Source of the DNA: Podarcis bocagei
Lineage: Eukaryota
DNA: 64,000 nt
Direction: 5' to 3' (one strand)
Assembly (NCBI GenBank): GCA_964188305.1
Contig: OZ076889.1
Positions 1 to 11,448 of the stretch are shown here, piece by piece (within the stretch, counting starts at the first letter, position 1; the number at the start of each line of letters is the position of its first letter). Under the pieces are notes generated by a model, which saw only the letters and a list, made by a program, of their open reading frames with translations, did not search any database and had not been told where the DNA came from. The position numbers and the translations under genes were made by a program.

Positions 1-88
1 AACTAACTTAGTTGGTCTTTAAGGTGCTACAGGAAGGATTTTTTTTATTTTGACTATGGCAGACCAACACGGCTACCTATCTGTAACT
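1..88. mobile_element. Terminal fragment of a reptile repeat, probably a Penelope-like element end
   Basis: GTTGGTCTTTAAGGTGCTAC...GACCAACACGGCTACC resembles the terminal motif of reptilian Penelope-type repeats as I recall it; truncated by the window edge. Confidence 0.4.
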
Positions 89-1345
89 GAAATCTAGTTC
101 TCATGGATAAAGGGGTAGGTACCAAAACCCTATTCAGTGAGATGTGGGATTTTTTTTGTGGCATCACAAGGTTGGAGAAGGAGATATTAGACAGTTCAAA
201 GGTCAAATGTGACCAAGACTGCAACTCTAAATAAACGTATAAGGAATAAGACCCACTGAACCCAGGAGGACTTCTTTCTGGACAGTCATGCATAAAATTG
301 CATTGCACAACTGAAGATTAACAGCCAAAGCAATCCAAACCCAGGGCCACAAGCAAGAAAGGTTTTAATGAGAGGTTATTATAATGTTGTATTGATTGCC
401 TTTTAATGTATTTTATTGATTGCACACCACTTTGTGAGGCAATTGGCCTACAAAGTAGTATAGAATTTATTTTTTTTACATAAATGGCCAGAGCAAAACA
501 GGGAGTGGGGAAAGATATATATCTTCTTTTTATATATTTGCTGTGCCAGCTCCAGACTGGTGAAGATGTGGAACTCAAGAATCAAGCCCCTTAGGTGAAC
601 CACAGGCTATGGATACATTGATTACTGGTATTCCACTCCAAAAGCCACCAGCGCCTCATATACCAGCCTGCAGCAGAGTCTCATCAGCACCAGTGGCACT
701 CTTCACTGGTGGAGAAAAACATGAGCTCCATCCCCATTCAACCACCAACAGAGAGGCTTAGAATTGCACTCTCAAAAAATTGCTGTTACCCAATTAATCC
801 ACTAGATCAGGGTAGGCAACCTGATGTTCAGAACTTCAACTGATAAGTGTGTATAATGAACAAATTATTGCCAGGGTTTTGTTTTGTTTTAAAGAAAAGA
901 CTGGGGCAGAGCTCTGCCATGTTGCACAAGACATTAAACTATTGAGTCTATTTAATAGACTAGCAGGGGGTGCACAAAATAGCTTGATTTCTTCATTAAA
1001 ATTGGTCAACCGGTTGCTTTGCACAAGGAACAAACGTAGCAGTAGCCTGCCATGTTGATCAGTAGTCCAAAATAATATCCAAACATTCCACCCTGCAACT
1101 TGCCCCTTTCCAAAGCAGAAACAATGCACAATTCATCGAGGTGTCAAGTCTTACAACTGAGAACCATGCACACATAAGTCAGATCTCTTGCCTTTAAACA
1201 GGAAACCAATTACAGTGTGAGGATCAGGGGTGGTGGGGAGGAAGCATGTGAAATATGGTTACAGAAAATCATACCTTCACAAAAATGCTGTAACTTCTCT
1301 AGTTGATAAATGTCCCAAACATGTTGAAATGCAATAAAACGTTAG

Positions 1346-1347
<2 letters not shown>

Positions 1348-1394
<47 letters not shown>

Positions 1395-1395
1395 T
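1348..1395. repeat. (TTA)n microsatellite
   Basis: Visible perfect TTA run. Confidence 0.95.
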
Positions 1396-2683
1396 CACGT
1401 TAAGCAAAATTTTATTTCATTGGTGCTTCTTTCCTGTGATTTTTGTTGTCATTAGCATGAGTGAAATAAGACACATAATGGGAATGTTTAAATGAAGACA
1501 GACACACTACTGCAGCTAAAGAACAGCTGTGGAGGACATATTTTCTAATTCTGCCAGGGCAATGCGGAAAAAAATCATTTGATAATTCTCATCAGAAAGC
1601 AAAACAGTGATCAACAAGTTCATAGAAACTTAGTGATTATTTCTGCTATCACATAAGTATTTTTTCCCTTTAGTTGCTTTCTGCATATATAGTTCACTGG
1701 ATATTATAAGAAATCATGTGTATTCGTTCTCTCTAGAAACCCCAGTCTACTTATTTTTAAATCTTTTGCTATAATTTTTGAAAACCTGGCTTTGTCTAGC
1801 TTCCAAGAGCACGGAGGACCAAAAATTATGTAAAATGCCTTTGCTATCCTAGGCTCATACTCTGATTTTATATTTAGAGTATGGCTTTAAATAGGAAGTG
1901 TTGATAATTTGTTTATTTGCTTCACTACTAGGTGTGGTTGCAGGCAAAATGGAAGTGTATGTTTGTAGGGGTCTAGTTAAGACTGGTCCACATGTGTTAA
2001 TTCATCACTTGGATGACTAGAACAATGAATGGGCCATCATCACAGATGTGTTGTTTATATGCCAAATAATAAGTAGCAGTGTTATCAACGTTAGTCAAAG
2101 TCATCTTTCTTTGGACTGGCGTCTGTGGCATGTATGCCTAGTATGTTCACCCATGTAATTGTTTATAACAATATCATTTAATGTGTGCAACTAGCAAGTT
2201 ACCCAGAGATATAAGTGTTCCCGAGGAATCATCAAACATGGCACAAATCAAAGAGGAGAGCCTATCCTCTCCTCTCCACTGCCCCATCTACCATCCCTAA
2301 ACATCATCCTTGACAGATGAGTTTCTAGCCTTACCCCATAGAACCTAGTTATTAGAGAGGTCCTGTTATCCAGTGTCCCTTCCTGTAATACATATTTTAA
2401 CATCAAAATTGGTAATGTTACATTATAAAAGCTGAAATGTCACACACACACACGTGCACACAAAAGAGGTAAATGTCCATTCAATGTTTTGGGAATCATC
2501 AATTGCTTGTTCTTGTTCAATGTGGCCTTGATGTATTGTCCAAGTGTGTCATTGACAAAGTCCAGTAATGGATGTTTGTGCTTTATGTTTTTCTCCATAC
2601 ACGTCTGTTTAGAAATAAAACAAATAAAAAATATCTATCAGCAGATGTAAATAACAAATCCTGATTTTTCCTGATATATGCAG

Positions 2684-2749
2684 CTCCTCCAAAGTTTGAT
2701 AGGATATGGCCGAATATATCTTCCCTTGGGGTTTCTAACCCAAATCAAG
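2684..2749 (+). CDS. NTNG1: Netrin-G1 alternative cassette exon (exon 6 in mammalian numbering), 66 nt, phase 1-1: xPPKFDRIWPNISSLGVSNPNQ
   Basis: Acceptor tatgcAG at 2682-2683, donor CAAG|GTAGGA; translation closely matches the recalled mammalian isoform insert PPKFNRIWPNISSLEVSNPKQ; missed by the ORF track. Confidence 0.9.
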
Positions 2750-3436
2750 GTAGGATTCTGTAAAATTCCTACTGGTCTATACTTTTAACTGCTTTCATAG
2801 AATCTGAGATGATGGCAAAAAGGACAAAACACATTTTTTTTCCTCTCTTGGGACTAATAAAAAAGTATACTGTCCAAAAACAACTACTGGGAATTATCAT
2901 AAAAATGAATCTTACATGAAAAGGCTTTATATAACGTGTACAGATCTTCCTCACCAAAGTGATAAGCACTTTTATAGCTTAAATTGAATATGAGTCCCTG
3001 GAGAAGACTGGAATTGTATAGGCATCAAGGTTTGCATGATAAATAAGTTTTGAGAAATTTTGAGTGCCAGAGATTTCTTTTGTCTCCATCAAATCATTTC
3101 TTAATGTCTCTCTCTTCTGCTTTCTTTTCTTAATTGAAATGAATGTTATTTCGGTTGGTATTCAGAGCTGAGGCTGCATTGAGACAGACTTATAGTGGTG
3201 GTAGCAACAGTATTCTCAGGGAATTTCTTTGAACAATGCAGCATCTTCAAAAAGCTGGGGTTTTCTCTTCTCCATTCCCCCCCCCCCGCAAGAGGTCAAG
3301 TCACACTGTAGGTTGATTCCCATATCCCGTATCCTTTTTTGTGTGCTTAAAGTATTACATTTCCACTAGCACTGACAGCAATATTTCTTTCTGAAATCCC
3401 TAGTGCACTAGTTTCACATCTGAATTCCAGTGACAT

Positions 3437-3439
<3 letters not shown>

Positions 3440-3483
<44 letters not shown>
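3440..3483. repeat. (CA)n microsatellite
   Basis: Visible CA run. Confidence 0.95.
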
Positions 3484-3485
<2 letters not shown>

Positions 3486-4420
3486 TACTGTCAGACTGTG
3501 GCCTGATGATTATTCTGGGAGTATGGTTTAAAAAAAAAGACAATGAAGAACATATATAGTTAAAATGCTATCATTTTAAACGTTTGTTCTCCTACAGAGC
3601 TTTTATGCAGCAAATTCATTCGGTCAGGTGTAAATGCATTCATTATATCACATGGAATTATCTTGTTTTCCCTCTTTAAAAGCAAATAATATTGGTCTAC
3701 AGCTTGCCATCGTTATACCCAGGATGTTCCTTTTAAACTCTAATGAATACAGATGGAGGAGGAAATGAGCAAAAGAGGATCCAGGAAATAGCTTCTAAGC
3801 TAAAACAAAATGTATTAGCAATTTGTTGGAGAGCTAGATTGGAATGAATGCAGTCCTAGCCCTTGATCATAGTGATGAAATTGAGCCTGCCCTAGATACA
3901 TACATTACTAACAGCTAGAATTGCCTTAATCATGGAATCCATATTATATTTTACAAGTTTCTTCAAATGTCCCTTGAAGAGGTTACAGTAACCGATCTTT
4001 CCTCTACAGCTCTCCATCAAGATTGACACTGAATTTGAGAGCACATTATTTATTTTGTATTTCACAAGCAATTGACTATTGATGGCATTGAGTGAATTAA
4101 GATTCACTTAGCATTTCTAATGGATTTTGTTATTTAACAAATTAATTGCAAAGGGTCTTAGGCTTCAACGTAACTTCCCACTGAATCTTGAGCAACGCAG
4201 CATTAAGCACTGAGAGGTCAAGCATCAGCTATGATGCTCAGGTAATGATGTAAAATGGGAACAGAACTATCCTTCTCATATAGGGAATAGTTTGCAAATG
4301 GTTGCGTGACTAGCTCAGCCCATTAGCAGTTTGTCAGAAAGCAACAGTTACAATTACAATTGCTTATGATAAAGTAGGACGGTCTAAGCATCAAACAACT
4401 AAAAAAGCGTGTAATAAGCA

Positions 4421-4427
4421 CTCTCTA

Positions 4428-4479
<52 letters not shown>
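4421..4479. repeat. Compound (CT)n(CA)n microsatellite
   Basis: Visible in sequence. Confidence 0.9.
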
Positions 4480-4523
4480 GGCCAATACTGTTGAAGCTGA
4501 CAGCCCTGATCGTTTGTTTACCA

Positions 4524-4658
4524 CAGGGTTCCACAAACTTTGGTCTCCAGCTGTTTTGGACTACAACTCCCATCATCCCTAGCTGGCAAGACCAGTGGTA
4601 GGGGATGATGGGAATTGTAGTCCAAAAACAGCTGGAGACCGAAATTTCAGAAACCCCG
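4524..4658. mobile_element. hAT-type palindromic MITE
   Basis: Ends CAGGGTTCC...GAAACCCCG; internal arms TTTGGACTACAACTCCCATCATCCC / GGGATGATGGGAATTGTAGTCCAAA; 8-bp TSD GTTTACCA / GTTTAGCA. Confidence 0.85.
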
Positions 4659-5065
4659 GTTTAGCAGGAGGAAGGAGGCATCTGACTGAATTAGCCCCTT
4701 ACCCCTCCACTACCAATAGATCTGTTGCCATCAGAACATGTAGTACTGATGACATTTTAGACCACTTATATTTGATGTACAAGCATCTCACATACACATC
4801 TGTAACACTACAGTTAGGGGGTCTTAGATCCTCCTCCCCCCAGCCTGTTGTATTTTTAAAAGGGGAACATTGACAGCTATGTTTACATGGCTGTTTATTT
4901 GTTTATATATTTTAATAAATTATATATGGATGTTTTATGATGGGCTATATTTGTAATGCCTAATAAAGGTTTGGCAAAGTAAGTTATTGAATATCTCTTG
5001 ATCAGGGCATGGAAGTACAGCAGAAGTTATGTTATGAAAAAGGAACTGAGAAATCCCAACAACAT

Positions 5066-5067
<2 letters not shown>

Positions 5068-5100
<33 letters not shown>
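5068..5100. repeat. (GT)n microsatellite
   Basis: Visible in sequence. Confidence 0.95.
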
Positions 5101-5101
<1 letters not shown>

Positions 5102-5427
5102 CAAGGTTTTAATTAACTTTATATTTATAGTAGTGAGGGTTCTCTGAGGTCACCTGTTTAAGCTTCATAGCCAGAATACCTAACTCCTTAGATAAACCTG
5201 TTTTATTTTACAAATATATCATACATAAGTATCCACATCCAGTATTACCAATAGTGCAATCCTGTACATGTCTATGCAAAAGAAACTCCCATTTAGTTCA
5301 AAATATTTACTCCCATGTGAGTTTATATAGGGCTGCAACAAATTCATCTTAGGTTCTGTTTGGTTTTTTAAACTTGTGCCTATATGACAATTTCCTAATC
5401 TACTCTTCATTTTTTAAACCTATCCAG

Positions 5428-5487
5428 TTGCTCCAAAATTAGCTTTGTCTACTGTTTCTTCTGTTCAAGTTGCAAACCACAAAAGAG
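5428..5487 (+). CDS. NTNG1: Netrin-G1 alternative cassette exon (exon 7), 60 nt, phase 1-1: VAPKLALSTVSSVQVANHKR
   Basis: Acceptor cctatccAG at 5426-5427, donor AGAG|GTAGGA; peptide matches the recalled mammalian insert VAPKLALSTVSSVQVANHKR; missed by the ORF track. Confidence 0.92.
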
Positions 5488-5705
5488 GTAGGAATTCTTG
5501 CATTCATACAGTGATTTCCTAGTGTTTGCCCTGTGTTGTGTAACAGATTGCACTGTATGAATCTGGAATAACTGTGATGTGGTGTCTAGTATCATCCCAT
5601 TAGTGAGCACAAATGAAAGAATTAAGCATTGCTAAGGACATGAACCACAAAAGGGGCACATAAAAATGATTCCTAGGCTGTGTCATGTTTGTAAGCCACC
5701 AGGGA

Positions 5706-5837
5706 NNNNNNNNNNNNNNNNNNNNNNNNNNNNNNNNNNNNNNNNNNNNNNNNNNNNNNNNNNNNNNNNNNNNNNNNNNNNNNNNNNNNNNNNNNNNNNN
5801 NNNNNNNNNNNNNNNNNNNNNNNNNNNNNNNNNNNNN
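5706..5837. other. Assembly gap (132 N)
   Basis: Run of n. Confidence 1.
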
Positions 5838-5994
5838 GACAGAAGTTGGGGGAGGGATGTCCTCTAGATTGTGTTACTAATTTGATACAGTAAATGAGAA
5901 ACTATAATCCAGTAAAGTACAGGCAAGTGAATCATGCAGAATTGATTCCATTATATGCCTTTGACAAACAAAACAATCATTGGGCAGTAGCCAG

Positions 5995-6170
5995 CTAAGC
6001 AGTTCCACTACTACAAGGACTTTTAACTGCACAGTAGAACTTCACCACCTTCCCATCTCTCCACACAACCCCTAAATCTGCTCTGGAGAGTTAGAGGAAC
6101 CCCTGAACCGATTGAAGGGTTTGAGAGAGAAGAGAGTGCAGTTAAAAGTCCTTGTGGAACTGTTCAGTTG
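5995..6170. mobile_element. Old palindromic MITE with a perfect 20-bp inverted repeat
   Basis: ACAAGGACTTTTAACTGCAC (6013-6032) / GTGCAGTTAAAAGTCCTTGT (6136-6155). Confidence 0.6.
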
Positions 6171-8421
6171 CACTTGAATGTTATAGCCAATATATAACAT
6201 CCATTCCCCAACTACCACCCCACAGTGAAACTTTCTCACACCTTTTATGGAAACATGGGGTTCAGTCCACCAAAAATTATTCTCACACAAAGTACATTGA
6301 AATGAATAGTTGCAGCATTTTTTTCGGTAGCTACATTTCTTTTCAGTGGAGTTTAACTGATGTGAGCAGTATTGCACCACACACACAATAAACTGCACTC
6401 ATCTTTTTGGGAAGTTGCTTGAGCATCCTCGGTTGTTTTGCTTAAGCAGAATCGTGTGTTTTCCCCTTGAATTTTGCTTTAAGCAAAATTTGGTGGAAAT
6501 TCTAGCCTTGAACTTCCTGGTGAACCGGCTGCATCTATTGGATTCCATGTGCCCTGATATGGTTTCAATATTTTATCAAAATAATGGAATTATATTGACA
6601 TTTTAAAAGCATAGCACAATTGCCTTGACAGCTCCCAGACAGTCTGTCCCAGCTGAGCATCTGTCATTTATAGACCAGAACTATTTTTGCTATTTTTCAC
6701 TTCTCAATTTTATTTGTTTAAGCATTTGAACAACACATTGCAATATTTGTGTAAGCCAAGCTATTGTTCTCAATATGTCCTTAGTCATGGGATGAGAGTT
6801 GCCAAGGCATATGGGCTGATTTAAAACAACAACAACAACCCCTGACCTTTGTTTTGCCCCAGGGGATGGATAAATGACCCACACCATGAACCTGGAGTAG
6901 ATTATTTCTAATGTAGAAATTTTAAGTTGATAATGAAAAATATATTTGTTTCCATATTTATATTGTACAAGAGAAGAATAAGAAACTTTGATATAGCGTG
7001 GGGACAGTGGTTTTAAAATGTTTTTTATATCATCATAGGATAGTGTTACTATAATGGTAGCAAGAAATGGAAATGTTCGTTTTTGGGGATTTCCTTCCAT
7101 TGAGCATTTTCAAGCCCTCCATTGCTACTTCAGCTGCTAAGTGCAACCGAAAACAGAAGAGGTGGTTCTTCTATAGGAATAACAAAGTATTAAAAGAGAG
7201 GAAAGGAGGAACAATATTGCAAGGGATTTATTGCACCTGTAACTTAGTAAAGTGTAACCCTTTGGGAAGTGTGGAGCATAGTCTGTTTTGTCCCTGAGCA
7301 GCTGCTGCAGTGGACTGACGGTTATATCTCTGATATAGCTGTGGCAAGTGGACCAAAGGCACTGCACAACATTTTGGAGCTCTCACATCCCTCTCCCTTC
7401 TGCTGTTTTGAAATTGAAAATCCCAAGTTCCACTCCCCCGCAATGGATTGCTGGAAGGAAAAGTGGAATTAACACACCATTTTTTGTCTGTAATAGTACA
7501 ACAAACTAAATCAAAAAGCTAGTGAGAAAAGCTGAGCAGAAATCTCAGGGACAATTATGGAGGATGGGGTTAAAATCTGGCACACCCCAAGTGGGGGGAA
7601 CCATCTATTTTCCTTGGAATTCTTCTGTGGTTGTTCACACCCCTAGTTACCACCACCAGGTTGCTGAAAGAGGCAGCACCAAATTGGGTGTGGGGGAGGT
7701 GTCTTTTGTGTCTTCTGGCACTGTGCTGTGTATCAGAATGCTGGGAGATATAAATGGTGGCCTCTTCTAGGTGTCAACAAACTGGGGAGTGGGATTGTAA
7801 GTTTACAGATAAAGTTGTGAAATAATAATAAGTTGAATCAGACATACCAACAAGCCATATAATTATAGGTGTATAAAGGTTCTCAGAAGGTTCTATATTC
7901 TAAGAAATTAAAATTATATCAAGATTTACCTACAGAATAATGACATTTGCTTGTATAAATACAAGTCCACAAAATTTCCTTGGTTGCATGGATGGCCAAT
8001 TCATTTGTCTCATTTCTAGCTCAGTGCTACAGAAACTGAGCAGATAAAAGAAGTTTATGCCTTTCAACTGTTTGTTTTTATCTATTTTGTATCCGGAGTA
8101 GGGTGACAGAGCTCTACCATTACCTGTAGACATGCTATTCCAGCAACATCAGGAATTCCCAGTCACATGGGAAAAACCAACAACTTGGTTCTCTTCCACA
8201 AAGAGCATCACCTCTTTTGGTAACTGGGGGAACAGTTGTTCCCATTCCCCTAAGGCCATTTCAGAAACAGCTGTAGATGGTATTTGAAGTGGCTAATGGC
8301 AGCCTCCCTCTTCACTGTTTCTTCCATGCACCCAAAGCCCCTTTCATGGCACATCTCTGTTGTTCCAGAGCTTCTCTTGAACAATAGTAAAATGAGGTCC
8401 TTACCTGCTACTGGCCTAGCA

Positions 8422-8780
8422 AGGATGCAGGTGGTGCTGTGGTCTAAACCACTGAGCCTCTTGGGCTTGCTGATCGGAAGGTTAGCAGTTTGAATCTGCG
8501 GAACGGGGTGAGCTGCTGTTTCTGTGTCCCAGTTCCTGCCAACCTAGCAGTTTGAAAGCATACCAGTGCAAGGAAAGGTAAACGGCTTTTCCATGCACTC
8601 TGGCTTCTGGGATGGTGTTCTGTTGCACCAGAAGAAGCGATTTAGTCATGCTGGCCACATGACCCAAAAAGCTGTCTGTGAACAAACGCCGTCTCCCTCA
8701 GCATGAAGCGAGATGAGCACCACACCCCATAGTTGCCTTTGGCTGGACGTAACCATCCAAGGGTCTTCTTCTTTTTACCT
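8422..8780 (+). mobile_element. Sauria SINE (Squam1-type), near full length
   Basis: Head GGTGGTGCTGTGGTCTAAACCACTGAGCCTCTTGGGCTTG, core GCCAACCTAGCAGTTTGAAAGCA and TTAGTCATGCTGGCCACATGACC, TTTACCT tail; TSD TACTGGCCTAGCA (8409-8421) / TACTGCCCTAGCA (8781-8793). Confidence 0.9.
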
Positions 8781-10876
8781 TACTGCCCTAGCACAGCAGG
8801 TTTTGTAAGTTGTCAGCTGCTAAGAACCATAGAGCTGCACTGTGATATTTTCGCTATCTCCAGTTCCTGATTTAAATATAACACCCACCCCACCCCCCAC
8901 CGCCCGGTTATCATAGTGGAACTATTCTTTTCTCCCCGCAATATATGGGTTTTTGCTGTAATTATGTAAATGTTATTTGTATGTCAACCAATTACAAAGG
9001 AAGTTTAATTGTTTTTTCCCACAGCTTGATTATTTCAAGACATGTTCTTTGAATCCAAAGGACACAATCCAGCCATAAAATACTTTTAGGTCCCATTCAT
9101 TTCAATGGGAGACTTGCCTGGAATATAAGCAAGGAACACAGTGGGAATTAATTCTGAATGAACATGGGAATTACTTCTGAATAAACATGCGTAGGATTTT
9201 TCTGTAAATCTAACTGGCTGAAATCAATAGAACTTGTTTCATGCTTCGCATTGGCTAGATTGTGCCCAAACTGTTTATTTTGGTGATGCAGTTACAATGG
9301 TAGCATCACTTCCATTTTTTAAAAAGAATTCACATTATTCATGCCTTATAGTAACAGAGGTTGTATAGTGGTGGTTGTCACTTGTAATGACTGCTATGCT
9401 ATTTTAGATATTCCAAGCACTATGGAAATTTTTAGTACCTACTCTTTGAAAACAACAACTTTTAACTATCTCTCAATTTAAAATTATTCAACATATTGTT
9501 GTTGGTTTGCTGAGTGGTGGAAATTATTTGCAATATGGGCTTAGAGTTTGGCCAATGGGTTTGGCCTGTATGGGTTTAGTGTGAATCATGCCAGAATGAC
9601 AGGAAATTGCGCTATGGTAACAAAAGCCAGATCCCATGGATATTGGAGAAATGAGCATGAAAGTATATTGTGCATTTAATTTGAGGTTAAAATAGGGCAG
9701 GTGTATTCTTTTCTGGACAATGTATCTCTTTAAGAGCTTGGACAATAACCCAAGCTCCACAGGTATGCTTAACGTTACAGTGAGGAAAGAAACAACACCT
9801 GTTCACTTACATTTTGCTTTGGGACTCTAAAAGGGACATATTAGCTAGAAACCTTAGGGCTGAGAGACCTGTGCTGTCAATTCACAGTATTCCTTTATTT
9901 CTCCATCATACGTTACCTGAATGTCAAAAGAGCCCCTTTCCTTTGGCTTTGCTAGGTCCTACCCATACTGCTCTGATTTGGTAGTTAAAGGAATATGTCC
10001 AGTGTCTGGGTTCTAAAGTGCCTGTCCTTGTAGGACTGCATTGCCATTTTTGCTTAAGAGAAGGCTGGCTTTGATAGGTAAAAGATGCATGGCATGGCCA
10101 ACCTGATGTGCAGACAACTCTACTTTATGTTGGTGAGGTTTCCCATGAAAGATCCTCTTGTGGTGAGAGAAACCAATACTGTGAACCTGAAGTGAAAGCG
10201 AATGTGCGTCAGAAGGGCTTTATTCCTCTTCAGCATGTCCAAAATACTCTTAGTCATGTGCTTGAAAAGTCAGAGTCAGTAATAAAGAGGCAGAGTAGGC
10301 GACAGGAGGCAACATTATAATTTGCTGAGCAGCTTTGCCATTTCAAAGATCACGGCCATTAATTAGCAATTGACTTCGTACTTAACAATCCAGTGTTTTC
10401 CTCCTAAATGACTCTCTTAAATTCACAAAGGGAAAGAGGTAAGAGGTCTGTCATGGAAAACTCCTCCACCTTTATTACATGCATTAATTCCGTGTCCGGT
10501 TGAGGATAGTCATCAGACAGGACTCAATAGCTAAGAGGGGCTCACTGTATTAAAAAAATAAAATAATTCAAGACAACAGCTGCTCAAAGCATAGCTGGAA
10601 GGACAGCTCTTCTTTATAAAGCTTCAATTAAGAAATTGAATAATTGATGAAAAACTTTTTTTTTCCTTCCAGGAAGTTCCAGGCTAATGTGGTTGGGGAA
10701 AGTTGCCTTGGGTTCTGTTCCATTCTGTTTTTTCCCCCTTCACTGTTACAAGTCTCCCATCTTGATTGCAATCAGTATCCAGAAGTTCTCTCCAAGATGG
10801 CCAGGGTCATTCAGGCAGGTGAATCAGCTGCTAACCCAGTGATGAGCACGTTGCTTGATATGCCTGTCACCGCTGG

Positions 10877-11247
10877 TGTTATGTACTGAGTTGAATAGGA
10901 TCCAAACTGCAGCAGTCTGATTGGTCCTAGAACAATAGGATCCAAAATGCAGCAGTCTGATTGGTCTTAGAACAATAGGATTCAGAATGCAGCAGTCTGA
11001 TTGGTCCTAGAACAATGCAGCAGTATGATTGGTTGGCAGGAACCACCCAGTCATGCTCCAGATAGAAGTGAATCCACAACCTGATTGGCTTACAGTAGAA
11101 TTCCGGAATTAGCCAATCATGTGCAGCCCATTGTGTAAATAATGTATATAAAGCAGATACTTTGAGGGGACATTCATTCATTTCCTCCTCACCACTATGA
11201 GCTGAATAAAGAGCATGAAATCACTTTGCGACTCTGAGTATATTTCA
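10877..11247 (+). mobile_element. Solo LTR (371 bp) with internal 40-bp tandem repeats
   Basis: TG...CA termini, 5-bp TSD GCTGG / ACTGG, multiple ATTGG/CCAAT boxes, TATATAAA near 11146, AATAAA near 11205. Confidence 0.8.
10894..11032. repeat. 40-bp tandem repeat, 3 copies plus a partial, inside the LTR
   Basis: Unit AATAGGATCCAAA(C/A)TGCAGCAGTCTGATTGGTCCTAGAAC at 10894, 10934, 10974. Confidence 0.9.
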
Positions 11248-11261
11248 ACTGGTAAAATGCC

Positions 11262-11448
11262 TCATAGGAACCTAGGAAGCTGCCATAAACCAAGTCAGAC
11301 CGTTAGTCCAATGAGTTCAGTCTTGTCTTCGCTGACTAGCTGCAGTGTCTCAACTTCAGACAGGGTTCTCTCCCCACCTGGAGATGGCAGGGATTGAACC
11401 TGGGATCTTCTGCACACAAAGCTATTGCTGAGCTTTTGCTCTTCCCCA
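11262..11448 (-). mobile_element. Old tRNA-derived SINE (related copies near 21408-21560, 41690-41860, 29870-30070, 57240-57380)
   Basis: Reverse-complement B-box GGGATTGAACCTGGGA and tail CATAGGAACCTAGGAAGCTGCC shared among the copies. Confidence 0.65.

Noticed and set aside
1737-1774. Acceptor at 1736 giving xTPVYLFLNLLL*
   Set aside because: Early stop; the hydrophobicity is explained by T-rich sequence; no supporting poly(A) signal
1932-1956. Exon-like AG|...|GTATGT segment
   Set aside because: 25 nt breaks frame, and pairing it with the 2613 acceptor still reaches a stop
1-2683. NTNG1 exon 5 (CIPSISSIG-type) and earlier exons
   Set aside because: No matching sequence found; they must lie upstream of the window
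3166-3200. Exon candidate after a long pyrimidine tract
   Set aside because: The CAG acceptor gives a stop in phase 1; the open version needs a GAG acceptor and a poor donor
10894-11032. CRISPR-like array
   Set aside because: Head-to-tail repeats without unique spacers, inside a vertebrate LTR
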